A stretch of DNA of 40,000 nt from Xenorhabdus taiwanensis (GCF_036512875.1 NZ_AP028978.1:3304211-3344210), one strand, 5' to 3'; positions 20,286 through 30,586 are shown, numbered from the stretch's first letter. Numbers and translations: made by a program. The notes: a model not told the origin generated them from the sequence alone.

Positions 20286-21479
20286 CTAACTCACCGCAGC
20301 AAACGCTTCTGCAATGGGTTGCACGTTATGATGATTCACGCCAGCCATGCAAACTCGGCCAGAACCGACCAAATAGACGCCAAATTCTTCACGTAATCTA
20401 TCAACTTGTGTCTGACTGAATCCGGTATAACTGAACATTCCACGCTGTTTCAGTAAATGGTCAAAGTTTTTCTCTGGCAGTGCTTGTTGCAGGGCATTTA
20501 CTAATACTGTCCGCATTTCCAGAATACGCAAGCGCATCCGTTCAACTTCATCCAGCCATTGGTTTTTTAATTCAGGGTTGCTTAATACCCTGGCAACAAT
20601 CTGCGCCCCAAAATTTGGAGGACTGGAGTAAATACGGCGCACCGTCGCTTTCAATTGTCCCAAGACATGTTCAGCCGCTTTTACATCGTCACAGATAACT
20701 GATAATCCACCAACACGCTCACCATACAGCGAGAAAATTTTCGAGAATGAGTTGCTGACCAAACAAGGTAACTTCGCATTTGCCATTGCACGGATTGCGT
20801 AAGCATCCTCTTCCATACCATCGGCAAATCCCTGATAAGCGATATCAAGGAAAGGAAGCAATTCCCGCTCTTTAGCAACCTGAACCACCTGATCCCATTG
20901 CTCATTGGTGAGATCTGAACCTGTTGGGTTATGGCAGCAAGGGTGCATTAAGATAATACTTTTTGGCGGCAATTGCTTGAATGTTGCCAGCATTTCGTCA
21001 AATTTTACCCCTTTGGTTTTATCATCAAAATAAGGATAATAATTCACCTTGATGCCTGCTCCGCCAAAAATAGCGGCATGATTTTCCCACGTCGGATCAC
21101 TACACCATACTTCAGAATCAGGGAAATAACGGTGTAAAAAATCAGCCCCTACTTTTAATGCGCCTGAGCCACCCAGTGTTTGAATCGTCGCAACACGTTG
21201 TTGGTTTAATAGTGGATGATCTTTGCCAAACAGCAGTTCCTGAATTGCCGTGCGATACGCAAGCAATCCTTCCATTGGGAGGTAAAGAGAAGCAGACTGT
21301 GGCAAGACGTTTATTTGTTTTTCAGCAGTTGCAACAGCCTGTAATTTTGGGGTTATACCCTGTTCATCGTAATACAGCCCGATGCTCAGATTTATTTTTT
21401 CTGCGCGGGGATCGTTTTTGAATTTTTCCATTAACGACAGGATAGGATCGCCCGCATACGCATCAACATTCTGGAACAT
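20286..21479 (-). CDS. tyrB: Aromatic-amino-acid aminotransferase
   Basis: The 397-aa product is the same length as E. coli TyrB and near-colinear with it ([47 protein letters not shown] with the PLP lysine, FGVYL..SGR.C.AG.N). Confidence 0.93.
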   Translation of the reverse strand: MFQNVDAYAGDPILSLMEKFKNDPRAEKINLSIGLYYDEQGITPKLQAVATAEKQINVLPQSASLYLPMEGLLAYRTAIQELLFGKDHPLLNQQRVATIQTLGGSGALKVGADFLHRYFPDSEVWCSDPTWENHAAIFGGAGIKVNYYPYFDDKTKGVKFDEMLATFKQLPPKSIILMHPCCHNPTGSDLTNEQWDQVVQVAKERELLPFLDIAYQGFADGMEEDAYAIRAMANAKLPCLVSNSFSKIFSLYGERVGGLSVICDDVKAAEHVLGQLKATVRRIYSSPPNFGAQIVARVLSNPELKNQWLDEVERMRLRILEMRTVLVNALQQALPEKNFDHLLKQRGMFSYTGFSQTQVDRLREEFGVYLVGSGRVCMAGVNHHNVQPIAEAFAAVS

Positions 21480-21547
21480 TACGTCATACTCCCTGCTATT
21501 GTGTTATTTATTAAAAGTGCAATAACAGACAATATAACTTACCCTGA

Positions 21548-22627
21548 TTATTCGTCTAGATATTCCATCGCAACACGTGAGGTCAATTTCGTAATCAGCT
21601 CATAAGCACTGATCCCCGAATGCTCCGCAATTTTTTCAACTGGCAGGGTATTCCCCCAAAGGATAACTTCGTCCCCAACTTTATCCTGACATGTTGGTCC
21701 CAGATCCACAGTAATCATATCCATAGATACACGGCCAACAAGTGGCACTTCCCGACCATTGATAAATACTGGTGTACCGACAGGTGCACTACGGGGATAG
21801 CCATCACCATATCCTATTGCCACAACGCCAAGACATGTGTCTCGTTCACTGCTCCACGTACCTCCATATCCTACTGCTTCTCCCGCTTTGTGTTTACGTA
21901 CGGCAATTAAGCTGGATTTGAGTGTCATGGCAGGGAGTAAATTAAAATCGTCAGCGGTTTTATCTGCCATCGGCGAAGCACCATACATCATGATGCCGGG
22001 ACGAACCCAGTCCAAATGCGCCTTTGGCCATAATAAAATCCCCCCTGATGCAGAGATGGATTTCTCGCCAGCTTTATCCACAATAAATGCCATGAAGCGC
22101 TCAATTTGTTGCTGGGTCGTTTCAACTGTAGGTTCATCTGCACGGCTAAAATGGCTGATGATATTAACGGGTTGCTCAACATTACGACAGCGGCTCAGAC
22201 GTTGATAAAATGCGTCTGCTTCATCGATCCTGATACCCAGACGGTGCATTCCTGTATCGAGTTTCATCCACACTTTAATCGGATGGGACAAATCCGCCTG
22301 TTCCAAGGCTTCAAGCTGCTCAATGCTATGCACGACGGTTTCAATATGATTGACGACTAAAACGGGGAGATCTGCCGCTTCAAAAAAACCTTCTAATAGC
22401 AAGATTGGCTTGACGATCCCGCCACTGCGCAGGGCAAACGCTTCCCCAATGCGAGCGACACCAAAGCAATCAGCATCTTCCATTGTGTGCGCAGTTTCTA
22501 ATAAACCATGTCCATAAGCGTTTGCTTTCACAACTGCAATCAGTTTACTGCCGGGAGCTTGTACTCTCACCTGTTGCAAATTGTGTCGCAGAGCGCGGCG
22601 GTCGATAACAGCAGTTGCCGCTTTCAT
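21548..22627 (-). CDS. alr: Alanine racemase (biosynthetic)
   Basis: The 359-aa product has the [13 protein letters not shown]-lysine motif and is colinear with E. coli Alr. The dnaB-alr-tyrB order matches E. coli. Confidence 0.95.
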   Translation of the reverse strand: MKAATAVIDRRALRHNLQQVRVQAPGSKLIAVVKANAYGHGLLETAHTMEDADCFGVARIGEAFALRSGGIVKPILLLEGFFEAADLPVLVVNHIETVVHSIEQLEALEQADLSHPIKVWMKLDTGMHRLGIRIDEADAFYQRLSRCRNVEQPVNIISHFSRADEPTVETTQQQIERFMAFIVDKAGEKSISASGGILLWPKAHLDWVRPGIMMYGASPMADKTADDFNLLPAMTLKSSLIAVRKHKAGEAVGYGGTWSSERDTCLGVVAIGYGDGYPRSAPVGTPVFINGREVPLVGRVSMDMITVDLGPTCQDKVGDEVILWGNTLPVEKIAEHSGISAYELITKLTSRVAMEYLDE

Positions 22628-22730
22628 TCCATCCCCTTTTTATCATTATTCAGTCAGGTTTGATAAATAACAGCCTATCTTCAATGTTGATGACTAAAGT
22701 TATTTGAACACAAACGATAGGCACTTGGAT

Positions 22731-24140
22731 TTATTCGTCACTGTAACTCGGTCCAGCATAATTATCGAATCGTGACCATTGACCATTAAATGTCAGCCTT
22801 ACTGTGCCTATAGGGCCGTTACGCTGTTTACCAAGAATGATTTCTGCCACACCTTTCAGTTCACTGTTATCGTGATAAACCTCGTCACGATAGATAAACA
22901 TGATCAAGTCAGCATCCTGTTCGATAGAGCCTGATTCACGTAGATCGGAGTTAACCGGACGCTTATCGGCTCGCTGTTCCAAACTACGGTTAAGCTGGGA
23001 GAGCGCAACAACCGGCACTTGAAGCTCTTTTGCCAATGCTTTTAGTGAGCGGGATATTTCCGCAATTTCCAATGTTCGGTTGTCAGATAAAGAAGGTACT
23101 CGCATCAATTGCAGGTAGTCGATCATAATCAAACTGAGCCCACCGTGTTCGCGGAAAATTCGTCGCGCACGGGAACGCACTTCTGTTGGCGTTAAACCAG
23201 ATGAGTCATCGATATACATATTGCGTTTTTCCAGCAAAATTCCCATTGTGCTGGAAATTCGTGCCCAATCCTCATCATCAAGTTGACCGGTACGAATACG
23301 TGTTTGATCTACGCGGGACAGGGATGCCAGCATACGCATCATAATCTGGTTGCCGGGCATCTCAAGGCTGAAAATCAAAACAGGCTTATCCTGCATCATT
23401 GCCGCGTTTTCACACAGGTTCATCGCAAAAGTCGTTTTACCCATTGAAGGACGCGCCGCTACGATAACTAAATCTGATTTTTGCAATCCTGCGGTTTTCT
23501 TATCCAGATCTTGATAGCCGGTAGAAACACCTGTTACGCCATCATGCGGGCGCTGATAGAGCTGTTCAATTCGTTCAACGGTTTCTTCCAGGATCTGTTC
23601 AATGCCTTTTGGGCCCTCGTCTTTATTTGCCCGATTTTCTGCGATCTGAAATACGCGTGATTCAGCCAAATCCAACAGCTCTTCGCTGGTTCGCCCTTGT
23701 GGATCATATCCTGCATCGGCAATTTCATTGGCTACCGCGATCATATCGCGTACTACCGCACGTTCTCGGACAATATCAGCATAAGCATTGATATTCGCCG
23801 CACTTGGGGTATTTTTTGACAATTCAGCAAGATAGGCAAACCCTCCGACATTATCAAGTTCGCCATTCTGTTCAAGAGATTCCGATAATGTGATCAGGTC
23901 GATAGGTTTGCCCGTTTCGAGCAAACGCTGCATTTCAGCGAAAATACGCCTGTGTGGTCGGCTAAAAAAGTCATTACTAGTAACCCGTTCGGATACATTA
24001 TCCCAACGTTCATTATCCAGCATCAAACCGCCTAACACGGATTGCTCTGCTTCCAAAGAGTGTGGTGGAAGTTTCAGCCCTTCCACTTGGCGATCTTTTG
24101 GTTCAGCCATACTATTGTTAGTTGGTTTTTTTCCAGCCAT
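22731..24140 (-). CDS. dnaB: Replicative DNA helicase
   Basis: The 469-aa product has PPHS.EAEQSVLGG at the N-terminus, a Walker A motif (ARPSMGKTTFA) and IMIDYLQLM. It is colinear with E. coli DnaB. Confidence 0.97.
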   Translation of the reverse strand: MAGKKPTNNSMAEPKDRQVEGLKLPPHSLEAEQSVLGGLMLDNERWDNVSERVTSNDFFSRPHRRIFAEMQRLLETGKPIDLITLSESLEQNGELDNVGGFAYLAELSKNTPSAANINAYADIVRERAVVRDMIAVANEIADAGYDPQGRTSEELLDLAESRVFQIAENRANKDEGPKGIEQILEETVERIEQLYQRPHDGVTGVSTGYQDLDKKTAGLQKSDLVIVAARPSMGKTTFAMNLCENAAMMQDKPVLIFSLEMPGNQIMMRMLASLSRVDQTRIRTGQLDDEDWARISSTMGILLEKRNMYIDDSSGLTPTEVRSRARRIFREHGGLSLIMIDYLQLMRVPSLSDNRTLEIAEISRSLKALAKELQVPVVALSQLNRSLEQRADKRPVNSDLRESGSIEQDADLIMFIYRDEVYHDNSELKGVAEIILGKQRNGPIGTVRLTFNGQWSRFDNYAGPSYSDE

Positions 24141-24324
24141 GTATACCGCATCAATACACTAAATAAAAAAACGAAATAGGACATCAGTATACGCCATGAA
24201 AACAGCCTTGAGTAATTATATATAGTCTGCAATGATTTCAGATATATTAACGCTATTTGCAGCTATATTCGTTGCAAACGTGCGAGGCTGTTCCCAATAT
24301 TTCTAACATAATGAGAGTATTACC

Positions 24325-25308
24325 ATGGCAAAACACATCGAATTATCCGCTATTGGCGGCCCAGAAGTACTCCGATATTGTGAATTTACCCCTGCTGACC
24401 TTGCTCCCGATGAAGTACAAGTCGCAAACAAAGCCATCGGCATTAATTATATCGATACCTACATACGCAGTGGCTTATATCCTCCAGCCAGCCTACCTTG
24501 TGGTCTGGGAACAGAAGCCGCAGGCATTGTCACCAAAGTTGGCGCCAATGTGACATCAATTAAAGTCGGTGATCGTGTGGTTTACGCCCAGTCAGCCTTA
24601 GGTGCTTACAGTGAAATACACAACGTTTCTGAAAGTAAATTAGCACTGTTACCGGATGAGATCTCGTTCGAACAAGCGGCTGCGTCATTTTTAAAAGGCC
24701 TGACTGTTTATTATCTGTTCAATTTAACACATAAGCTCCAGGCAGGAGAAACAATTCTATTTCATGCTGCCGCTGGTGGTGTTGGTTTGATTGCCTGCCA
24801 GTGGGCAAAAGCATTGGGTGCGAAATTAATTGGCACAGTCGGATCAGAAGAAAAAGCGGCACTCGCCAAAACAGCTGGAGCATGGCAAACCATCAACTAT
24901 CGTCGCGAGAATATTGTAGAACGTGTTCTGGCTATTACTGGCGGGGAAAAAGTTGGTATCGTATATGATTCTGTTGGCAAAGAGACATGGCTGGATTCAC
25001 TGGATTGCCTGAAACGACAAGGTTTGATGGTCAGTTTTGGTAACGCTTCAGGCCCCGTAACCGGAGTGAATTTGGGTATCCTCAATCAGAAAGGTTCACT
25101 GTTTCTCACCCGCCCTTCTCTTAATGGCTATATCACTACGGGCGAAGAGTTAGCAGAAGCCAGCAAGACACTGTTTGGTTTAATTTCCAGCGGCAAAATC
25201 AATGTGGATGTCCCAGAAAATCAGAAATTTCCATTGAGAGAAGCAGTAAGAGCACACCAGACGCTGGAAAACCGTGCAACCCACGGCTCCAACTTATTGA
25301 TTCCATAA
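24325..25308 (+). CDS. qorA: NADPH:quinone oxidoreductase (zeta-crystallin family)
   Basis: The 327-aa product is the same length as E. coli QorA. It shares long identical strings (AIGIN.IDTYIRSGLYPP.SLP.GLGTEAAGIV.KVG, HAAAGGVGLIACQWAKALGAKLIGTVG). Confidence 0.93.
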   Translation: MAKHIELSAIGGPEVLRYCEFTPADLAPDEVQVANKAIGINYIDTYIRSGLYPPASLPCGLGTEAAGIVTKVGANVTSIKVGDRVVYAQSALGAYSEIHNVSESKLALLPDEISFEQAAASFLKGLTVYYLFNLTHKLQAGETILFHAAAGGVGLIACQWAKALGAKLIGTVGSEEKAALAKTAGAWQTINYRRENIVERVLAITGGEKVGIVYDSVGKETWLDSLDCLKRQGLMVSFGNASGPVTGVNLGILNQKGSLFLTRPSLNGYITTGEELAEASKTLFGLISSGKINVDVPENQKFPLREAVRAHQTLENRATHGSNLLIP

Positions 25309-25333
25309 TTTCAGACAAAATTCCTGAACGGAT

Positions 25334-26371
25334 TTACATCCGCTCTGTCACCATTTCCAACGCTTTTTCAACAACCATAATATCAGCGCCCTGCTTATGG
25401 GCGTTTTCACTTAAATGACGGCGCCACTGACGAGCCCCAGGAATTCCCTGGAAAACCCCTAAAATATGGCGGGTGATATGCCCTAAATAAGTGCCTTTGG
25501 ATAGCTCTTGTTCGATATAAGGATAAAGCGCCTTAACCACCTCAACCGTATTAGTCACTGGAACTGTTTGGTCAAACAATTCACAATCCACATGTGCCAG
25601 AATGGAGGGATTTTGGTAGGCTTCTCGCCCAATCATCACACCATCCATATACTGCAAATGCTGTTTGGCTTCTTCCAGTGATTTAATGCCGCCATTAATT
25701 GAAAGCGTCAGTTGAGGGAAATCCCGTTTCAATTGATAGACTCGCGGATAATCCAAGGGCGGAATTTCACGGTTTTCTTTCGGGCTTAACCCCGATAGCC
25801 ACGCTTTACGTGCATGGATAATAAAATTATCGCAATCGCTGTTTTTCACGACAGTATCAATGAAATCACACAGAAACTCGTAGCTATCCTGTTCATCAAT
25901 TCCGATACGGGTTTTAACAGTAACAGGGATATCCACTACATCCTGCATTGCCTTAACACAATCAGCTACCAGCGCCGCTTCTCCCATCAGGCAAGCACCA
26001 AAACGGCCATTCTGCACACGATCAGAAGGACAACCCACATTCAGATTGATCTCATCATAACTTCTTTCCTGCGCGATCTTGGCACATTGCGCCAATGCCT
26101 GAGGATCACTACCTCCCAATTGCAGTGCCAATGGATGTTCTTGCTCGTTATAGGCCAGATAATCCCCTTTGCCATGAATAATCGCGCCTGTTGTAACCAT
26201 TTCCGTGTAAAGCAGCGCTTCCTTGCTTAATAAGCGATGAAAGTAACGGCAATGGCGGTCAGTCCAGTCTAACATGGGGGCAACAGAAAAGCGGGAAGGT
26301 TTGAATTCTCCCGCGCTCGTTGATATTACAGTGAATTTATTAGGTTTTTGTATCTGTATATTTTCGTGCAT
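25334..26371 (-). CDS. dusA: tRNA-dihydrouridine(20/20a) synthase
   Basis: The 345-aa product contains [38 protein letters not shown] and [17 protein letters not shown], as in E. coli DusA. If the adjacent prophage used the dusA 5' attachment site, its extreme 5' end may be prophage-derived. Confidence 0.95.
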   Translation of the reverse strand: MHENIQIQKPNKFTVISTSAGEFKPSRFSVAPMLDWTDRHCRYFHRLLSKEALLYTEMVTTGAIIHGKGDYLAYNEQEHPLALQLGGSDPQALAQCAKIAQERSYDEINLNVGCPSDRVQNGRFGACLMGEAALVADCVKAMQDVVDIPVTVKTRIGIDEQDSYEFLCDFIDTVVKNSDCDNFIIHARKAWLSGLSPKENREIPPLDYPRVYQLKRDFPQLTLSINGGIKSLEEAKQHLQYMDGVMIGREAYQNPSILAHVDCELFDQTVPVTNTVEVVKALYPYIEQELSKGTYLGHITRHILGVFQGIPGARQWRRHLSENAHKQGADIMVVEKALEMVTERM

Positions 26372-26458
26372 TTCAGGCTATTTTGGGCTATTTTTGAATT
26401 ATTAGCACCCCAAACAGAACCCCATTAATTTGGGGACCTGAATAGGAGAGTATTAAAG

Positions 26459-27550
26459 ATGGCCTATTATAGCATAGAAAAACGCCCACGCGCAGATGGC
26501 ACCGTCCGCTATCGTTGCACTGTTGGTGTTAAGTCTGGTGGCAAATATATCTATAGAGAGAACCGTACATTCGGAAAACAATCCCACGCTAAGACATGGG
26601 GTGCTCAGCGAGTGGCTGAGCTGGAACAAAACGGAATTCCCACGCAGAATGATACCGAGGATTTAACAGTCGGTGATTTGCTGTACAAATACATCAATGA
26701 TCCAACTTTGGGTGGAAAAGCAGGAAGAACTAAAAAATATGTACTAGATATGCTCTTGGATAGTGAATTAGCGAAACTAACACTTTCAGAGCTATCAGTT
26801 AGTCATGTCATCGAGTATTGCAAGCAAAGACATTCTACTGGTATTACTCCATCAACCATTAACCACGATGTCAGCTACTTAACGTCAGTATTAAAATCAG
26901 CCAAACCAATCTATAACATAGACTATGTATCAAATCCTGCATATGAAGCGCGCCCTTTACTAACTCAAATGGGGTTGATTGGAAAGTCTCAACGTCGTAG
27001 TCGAAGGCCTGCGCAAGATGAGATAGATAAACTTCTTGTTGGATTACGTAAGCGCAGTAATCATAGAGAAGGTAAAATACCCTATGAAGATATCTTAAAT
27101 TTCTCAATCTTAAGCTGCATGCGCATAGGTGAGGTCTGCAAAATTAGATGGGATGATGTAGACGAAAAACAAAGGTCTGTCATTGTGAGGGATCGGAAAG
27201 ACCCTCGAAAGAAAACAGGTAATCATATGTCTGTTCCGTTATTGGGGGAAGCATGGGAAATAGTTCAACGTCAACCAAAAACAAGTGAACTAATATTTCC
27301 TTACAACGCCAAAAGCGTAACAGCAGGATTTCAGAGAGTCCGCAACGCTCTAGGCATCGAAGACCTCCGCTACCACGATCTACGTAGAGAAGGTGCAAGT
27401 CGCTTATTTGAAGCTGGCTTTTCCATTGAAGAGGTAGCACAAGTTACAGGCCATCGTTCACTGAATGTATTATGGCAGGTGTATACGGAACTATACCCGC
27501 AATCGTTGCATGAAAAATTCAACAAACTAATGCAGCAGAAAGAAGAGTAA
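26459..27550 (+). CDS. int: Phage tyrosine integrase, probably of the dusA-specific integrase family
   Basis: The 363-aa product has catalytic-domain motifs: CMRIGEVCKIRW (Arg), HDLRREGASRL (HxxR) and GHRS...LWQVYTELY (His/Tyr). An AGGAG Shine-Dalgarno precedes it. It lies 87 bp from, and divergent to, the dusA start, with phage tail genes downstream. Confidence 0.9.
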   Translation: MAYYSIEKRPRADGTVRYRCTVGVKSGGKYIYRENRTFGKQSHAKTWGAQRVAELEQNGIPTQNDTEDLTVGDLLYKYINDPTLGGKAGRTKKYVLDMLLDSELAKLTLSELSVSHVIEYCKQRHSTGITPSTINHDVSYLTSVLKSAKPIYNIDYVSNPAYEARPLLTQMGLIGKSQRRSRRPAQDEIDKLLVGLRKRSNHREGKIPYEDILNFSILSCMRIGEVCKIRWDDVDEKQRSVIVRDRKDPRKKTGNHMSVPLLGEAWEIVQRQPKTSELIFPYNAKSVTAGFQRVRNALGIEDLRYHDLRREGASRLFEAGFSIEEVAQVTGHRSLNVLWQVYTELYPQSLHEKFNKLMQQKEE

Positions 27551-27947
27551 TCCATAGGACAGAAATCCGCCCTTTAACCTACGGGATAATCCCGTATGCA
27601 CATGTCCGGCCGCCTCAAATTGAGGTTTCCGAGAATATCAATAAGTTATCATCAAGCTGCTCAGTATTTAATCACTCCGTTTGAAACGGAAGGAAAGCGG
27701 GGTTGTCGACCAATAAAGATAATAAAATCAATGCGTTTAATCCTTTTGTCCAGCATGTAGGACTTCCGCAATGGTTGAGCCAAAGTGACGGCCTCGGACA
27801 AATCAATAAGTTGCAAAGGTGGCAAATCCCACCTTTATCTAACCTGTTGATTTTGCTTATTTCTGTCACTGTGCCGGAAATTAAGGAAATCAAGGGGTTG
27901 GAGGAAGGCCGCGTAGTGCGCAGCCTAAGTTGGGAATAAAGTTGCGA

Positions 27948-28856
27948 TTAACGCCAGTTGAAGTAGAAGCGCTTGGTTTGACCTGTTTGCTTCAATATTT
28001 CACCTAATTTTTCTATTTCAGCATTATTTTCATACCAATTTCCCCAATAATATTTGTTGTGAGAGCCTTTAGGTGAACTCATACCCAAATTATAAGTTAT
28101 ATTATCCACTGTTATATAAAGAGATTTGTTTTTGAATAAATTTTTCATTTGTTGATAACTTGCATCATTTTCATGAGAACTTATTAATAAGTTAATCCCC
28201 GATGCTTTAGATTTATTATTTTTACCCCAGTAAAAAATATCTATTTTTTCAATGGCTTTTTTATTTTGGATTACATTTAAGGTGCCAAAAGCTGCTTCAT
28301 TTCCTGTACTTAGGTATCTATCATCGACAAGATATCCCCAATCATCAGAGCTTTCCCCTTGGTTACTCCTATAACGTCCAGCGCCTAAGGTAAGATCAAA
28401 TGCAAACATACTATCATCCAAATCAGGCTTTAATTCAGGTTCAGACGTTGGTTCTGGAGTAGGTTCGGGTTCAGGCTTCACTGGCTCTTCTTTCTCTTCC
28501 TTATCTTCAAAAAACTCCCAATCACACGCCATCATATCTTCCTGTGTTGGCTGCCACGGTACAAGGTTACCATGCTCATTGCGTAGGTCGATGTGTGTCA
28601 GGTAATCGTACTTGGTTCCAACGGCTACACCATCAACCGCGTAAGCACTGCCTTCTTCTACAGCCAAGTCACTCACACGTGGTGTAATCGCCAGATACAT
28701 TCCTTTATCACCCCAGACAGAACGGGTAACACGTTTGCGTAGTTTTAATTGAATCAGCGCCCAAGAGAATGAACCCACTGGTGCAATAAAGCAATCACAC
28801 TGATATTGTTTCGGATCGAACGGACATTCACATTCAGGCTTAATAACGTCAGACAT
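27948..28856 (-). CDS. DUF2829 (Tad2-like) domain protein fused to a C-terminal domain of unknown function
   Basis: Residues ~28-125 (FSWALIQLKLRKRVTRSVWGDKGMYLAI......NLVPWQPTQEDMMACDWEFF) follow the DUF2829 pattern as I remember it: an A-l-k-G-kkv-R-W-g-kgmyl start and a vpW-pSq-D-la-DWe end. A Cys-rich N-terminal leader (ECECPFDPKQYQCDC) precedes this domain. A PEPEPTPEPTSEPELKP linker and an AT-rich 150-aa Asn/Lys/Tyr-rich domain follow it. An AAGGAA Shine-Dalgarno is present. Confidence 0.5.
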   Translation of the reverse strand: MSDVIKPECECPFDPKQYQCDCFIAPVGSFSWALIQLKLRKRVTRSVWGDKGMYLAITPRVSDLAVEEGSAYAVDGVAVGTKYDYLTHIDLRNEHGNLVPWQPTQEDMMACDWEFFEDKEEKEEPVKPEPEPTPEPTSEPELKPDLDDSMFAFDLTLGAGRYRSNQGESSDDWGYLVDDRYLSTGNEAAFGTLNVIQNKKAIEKIDIFYWGKNNKSKASGINLLISSHENDASYQQMKNLFKNKSLYITVDNITYNLGMSSPKGSHNKYYWGNWYENNAEIEKLGEILKQTGQTKRFYFNWR

Positions 28857-29278
28857 ACTATTTCCTTGTTTAATTATTAACTGCTGGACAGTCCGAATAT
28901 ATTAACGAGTGAGGAGGGTTGAATGAATTGATTGGGATTGTGTGGGGGTTGGTACAAAGGGGTATCAGGATAATATAACCGACGATACAGTTTTAATCTG
29001 ATATTTTTTATCACATTTCGATAAATTAGCTGTCTTTTCACTTCACAGATTAGGAAAATTCCGATCACATATTAGGATTATGATTTAGTATGGTGAGTGT
29101 TGGTTTGTCAATGATACCCATTTAGCTAGTAGTTTGGCGAGCCGCTTTGAGTAAACATGAGAATAAAATCAGTCGGATGTTTTTTAACATCAGATGGAAA
29201 ATTGGTTATATCAATATCAATTTTAACGATATTGGTGTTAATTGGTTTAAAAACGTTATTATGTATAAGTGAACAGAT

Positions 29279-30118
29279 ATGAAGCTTAATTTCCATGCAG
29301 TTTATACCGAAGACAAAGAATTCAATAAGTTCTCAATAGCACTTGAAAGCAAGATAAACCATTCGGTTATTCTCCCTGAAAAACACGCTTTAGAGTGCAG
29401 TGGGTATTACCTATACATGCATAAAATAAGCAATCATTCATACTTGTTCACAAAAACAAATGATGGAGACTTAATAAAAAAGATAAATAAAAGTACGGCT
29501 TCTGTGGAGGATATAAAAAACAGTTTGGCTAGCGATGAATCTCTTGGGTTTCCATCATTTTTATATATAAATAATGACGTTATAGGTTATGCTTCATCAA
29601 TATATGGACCAAGCATAAGGGAATTAAAAATATACCTTTGTAAAAAATTAAATTTCAATAGCGATCACAATTTGGTCATAGAACCATTAATAAGAAACAT
29701 CAGCAGTAAAGAAACTGAACGCATGGTGTTCATTGGTAGGACAACGTTAAAAACTGAAGCAGATACTAGCACGTTTCAAAAGGTTTTGGCTGCATTCGGA
29801 GCTTCTGACGTTAGAGAGGAGCTTTACGAAGGGATAGAGGTTATAATTAAACCAAGAAAAAACAAAGATATAAAGAGAGTTGCATCAAAAATAATTAATA
29901 ATCCAGATAACGAATTTAGTGATGTTCATATAAGAGCCAGGGAAGAACTAGGGGATCAACTAACTGACTTCTATTTATCTGGACAAGGGATTATCAGTGC
30001 AAATCTCAAGAAAGCAACAAATCAAGAAATAGCGATGGAAATGGAAAATTGCTACGAAAGGACAAAGCATGTTATCATTAAAGCAATGAATGAGTCCATT
30101 TCTAGCGGATTAATGTAG
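29279..30118 (+). CDS. rexA: RexA-like phage-exclusion protein
   Basis: The 279-aa product is the length I recall for lambda RexA. Strings such as YLYMHKI..HSYLFTKTND, KINKSTASVEDIKNSLASDESLGFPSFL, FIGRTTLK, VIIKPR.NKDIK.VA and FSDV.IRA.EE.GD agree with my memory of lambda RexA. The gene is strongly AT-rich. Confidence 0.6.
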   Translation: MKLNFHAVYTEDKEFNKFSIALESKINHSVILPEKHALECSGYYLYMHKISNHSYLFTKTNDGDLIKKINKSTASVEDIKNSLASDESLGFPSFLYINNDVIGYASSIYGPSIRELKIYLCKKLNFNSDHNLVIEPLIRNISSKETERMVFIGRTTLKTEADTSTFQKVLAAFGASDVREELYEGIEVIIKPRKNKDIKRVASKIINNPDNEFSDVHIRAREELGDQLTDFYLSGQGIISANLKKATNQEIAMEMENCYERTKHVIIKAMNESISSGLM

Positions 30119-30151
30119 GAGAGTAAAACGTTTTTCACAGGAGGTAATTTA

Positions 30152-30583
30152 ATGAAAATAAAGATATTGCCTGCTATTGCGTTTGTTGCTGCTCCTTATC
30201 TTTTTATTTGGTTAGGACATTTTATTTTTCGTTATTATTTTAATGATGTTACTTTTTCATCTAATAAAGTTTCATTAGGAACAGCCATTAGTTCTTATGC
30301 CGGAACTACAATAGCCATTTTAATTGCCGCTTTAACATTTGTTATTGGGATACGAAATAACAATATGGTAAAAATAAGAAAATATGGTTACATGGCTTCA
30401 ATAGTGGTGATGTATTCCTTTACTTTTGTTGAACTTGGGGCTTTGTTTCTTACTGGTATATTGCTGATATCAAATATTAATGGCATCCCTTTAGCTACAA
30501 TATCCTTATTTATCGCAATTGCATCTTTTATACATATTTGCCTACTTTTAATGCAACTGTTTTTACTAGCCAGTAAAAAATAA
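30152..30583 (+). CDS. rexB: RexB-like four-TM membrane protein
   Basis: The product is 143 aa, against 144 aa recalled for lambda RexB. It has four hydrophobic helices. Strings SSYAGTTIAILIAALTF, KIRKYGYM, FVELGALF and IASFIHICLLL agree with my memory of RexB. A strong AGGAGG Shine-Dalgarno lies within the 33-bp gap after rexA. Confidence 0.6.
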   Translation: MKIKILPAIAFVAAPYLFIWLGHFIFRYYFNDVTFSSNKVSLGTAISSYAGTTIAILIAALTFVIGIRNNNMVKIRKYGYMASIVVMYSFTFVELGALFLTGILLISNINGIPLATISLFIAIASFIHICLLLMQLFLLASKK

Positions 30584-30586
30584 ACC

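Noticed and set aside
27672-27939. Overlapping ORFs of 73 aa (minus strand) and 78 aa (plus strand, TTG start) in the spacer after int. I considered them as a possible excisionase or small regulator.
   Set aside because: They have no Shine-Dalgarno and no HTH or Xis-like pattern. Their composition is odd, being Leu/Ser/Cys-rich. The two ORFs are mutually antisense. They are probably non-coding.
28877-29068. A 63-aa minus-strand ORF in the DUF2829/rexA-like divergent spacer.
   Set aside because: It has no Shine-Dalgarno, a low-complexity basic and aromatic composition, and sits in AT-rich promoter-like DNA.
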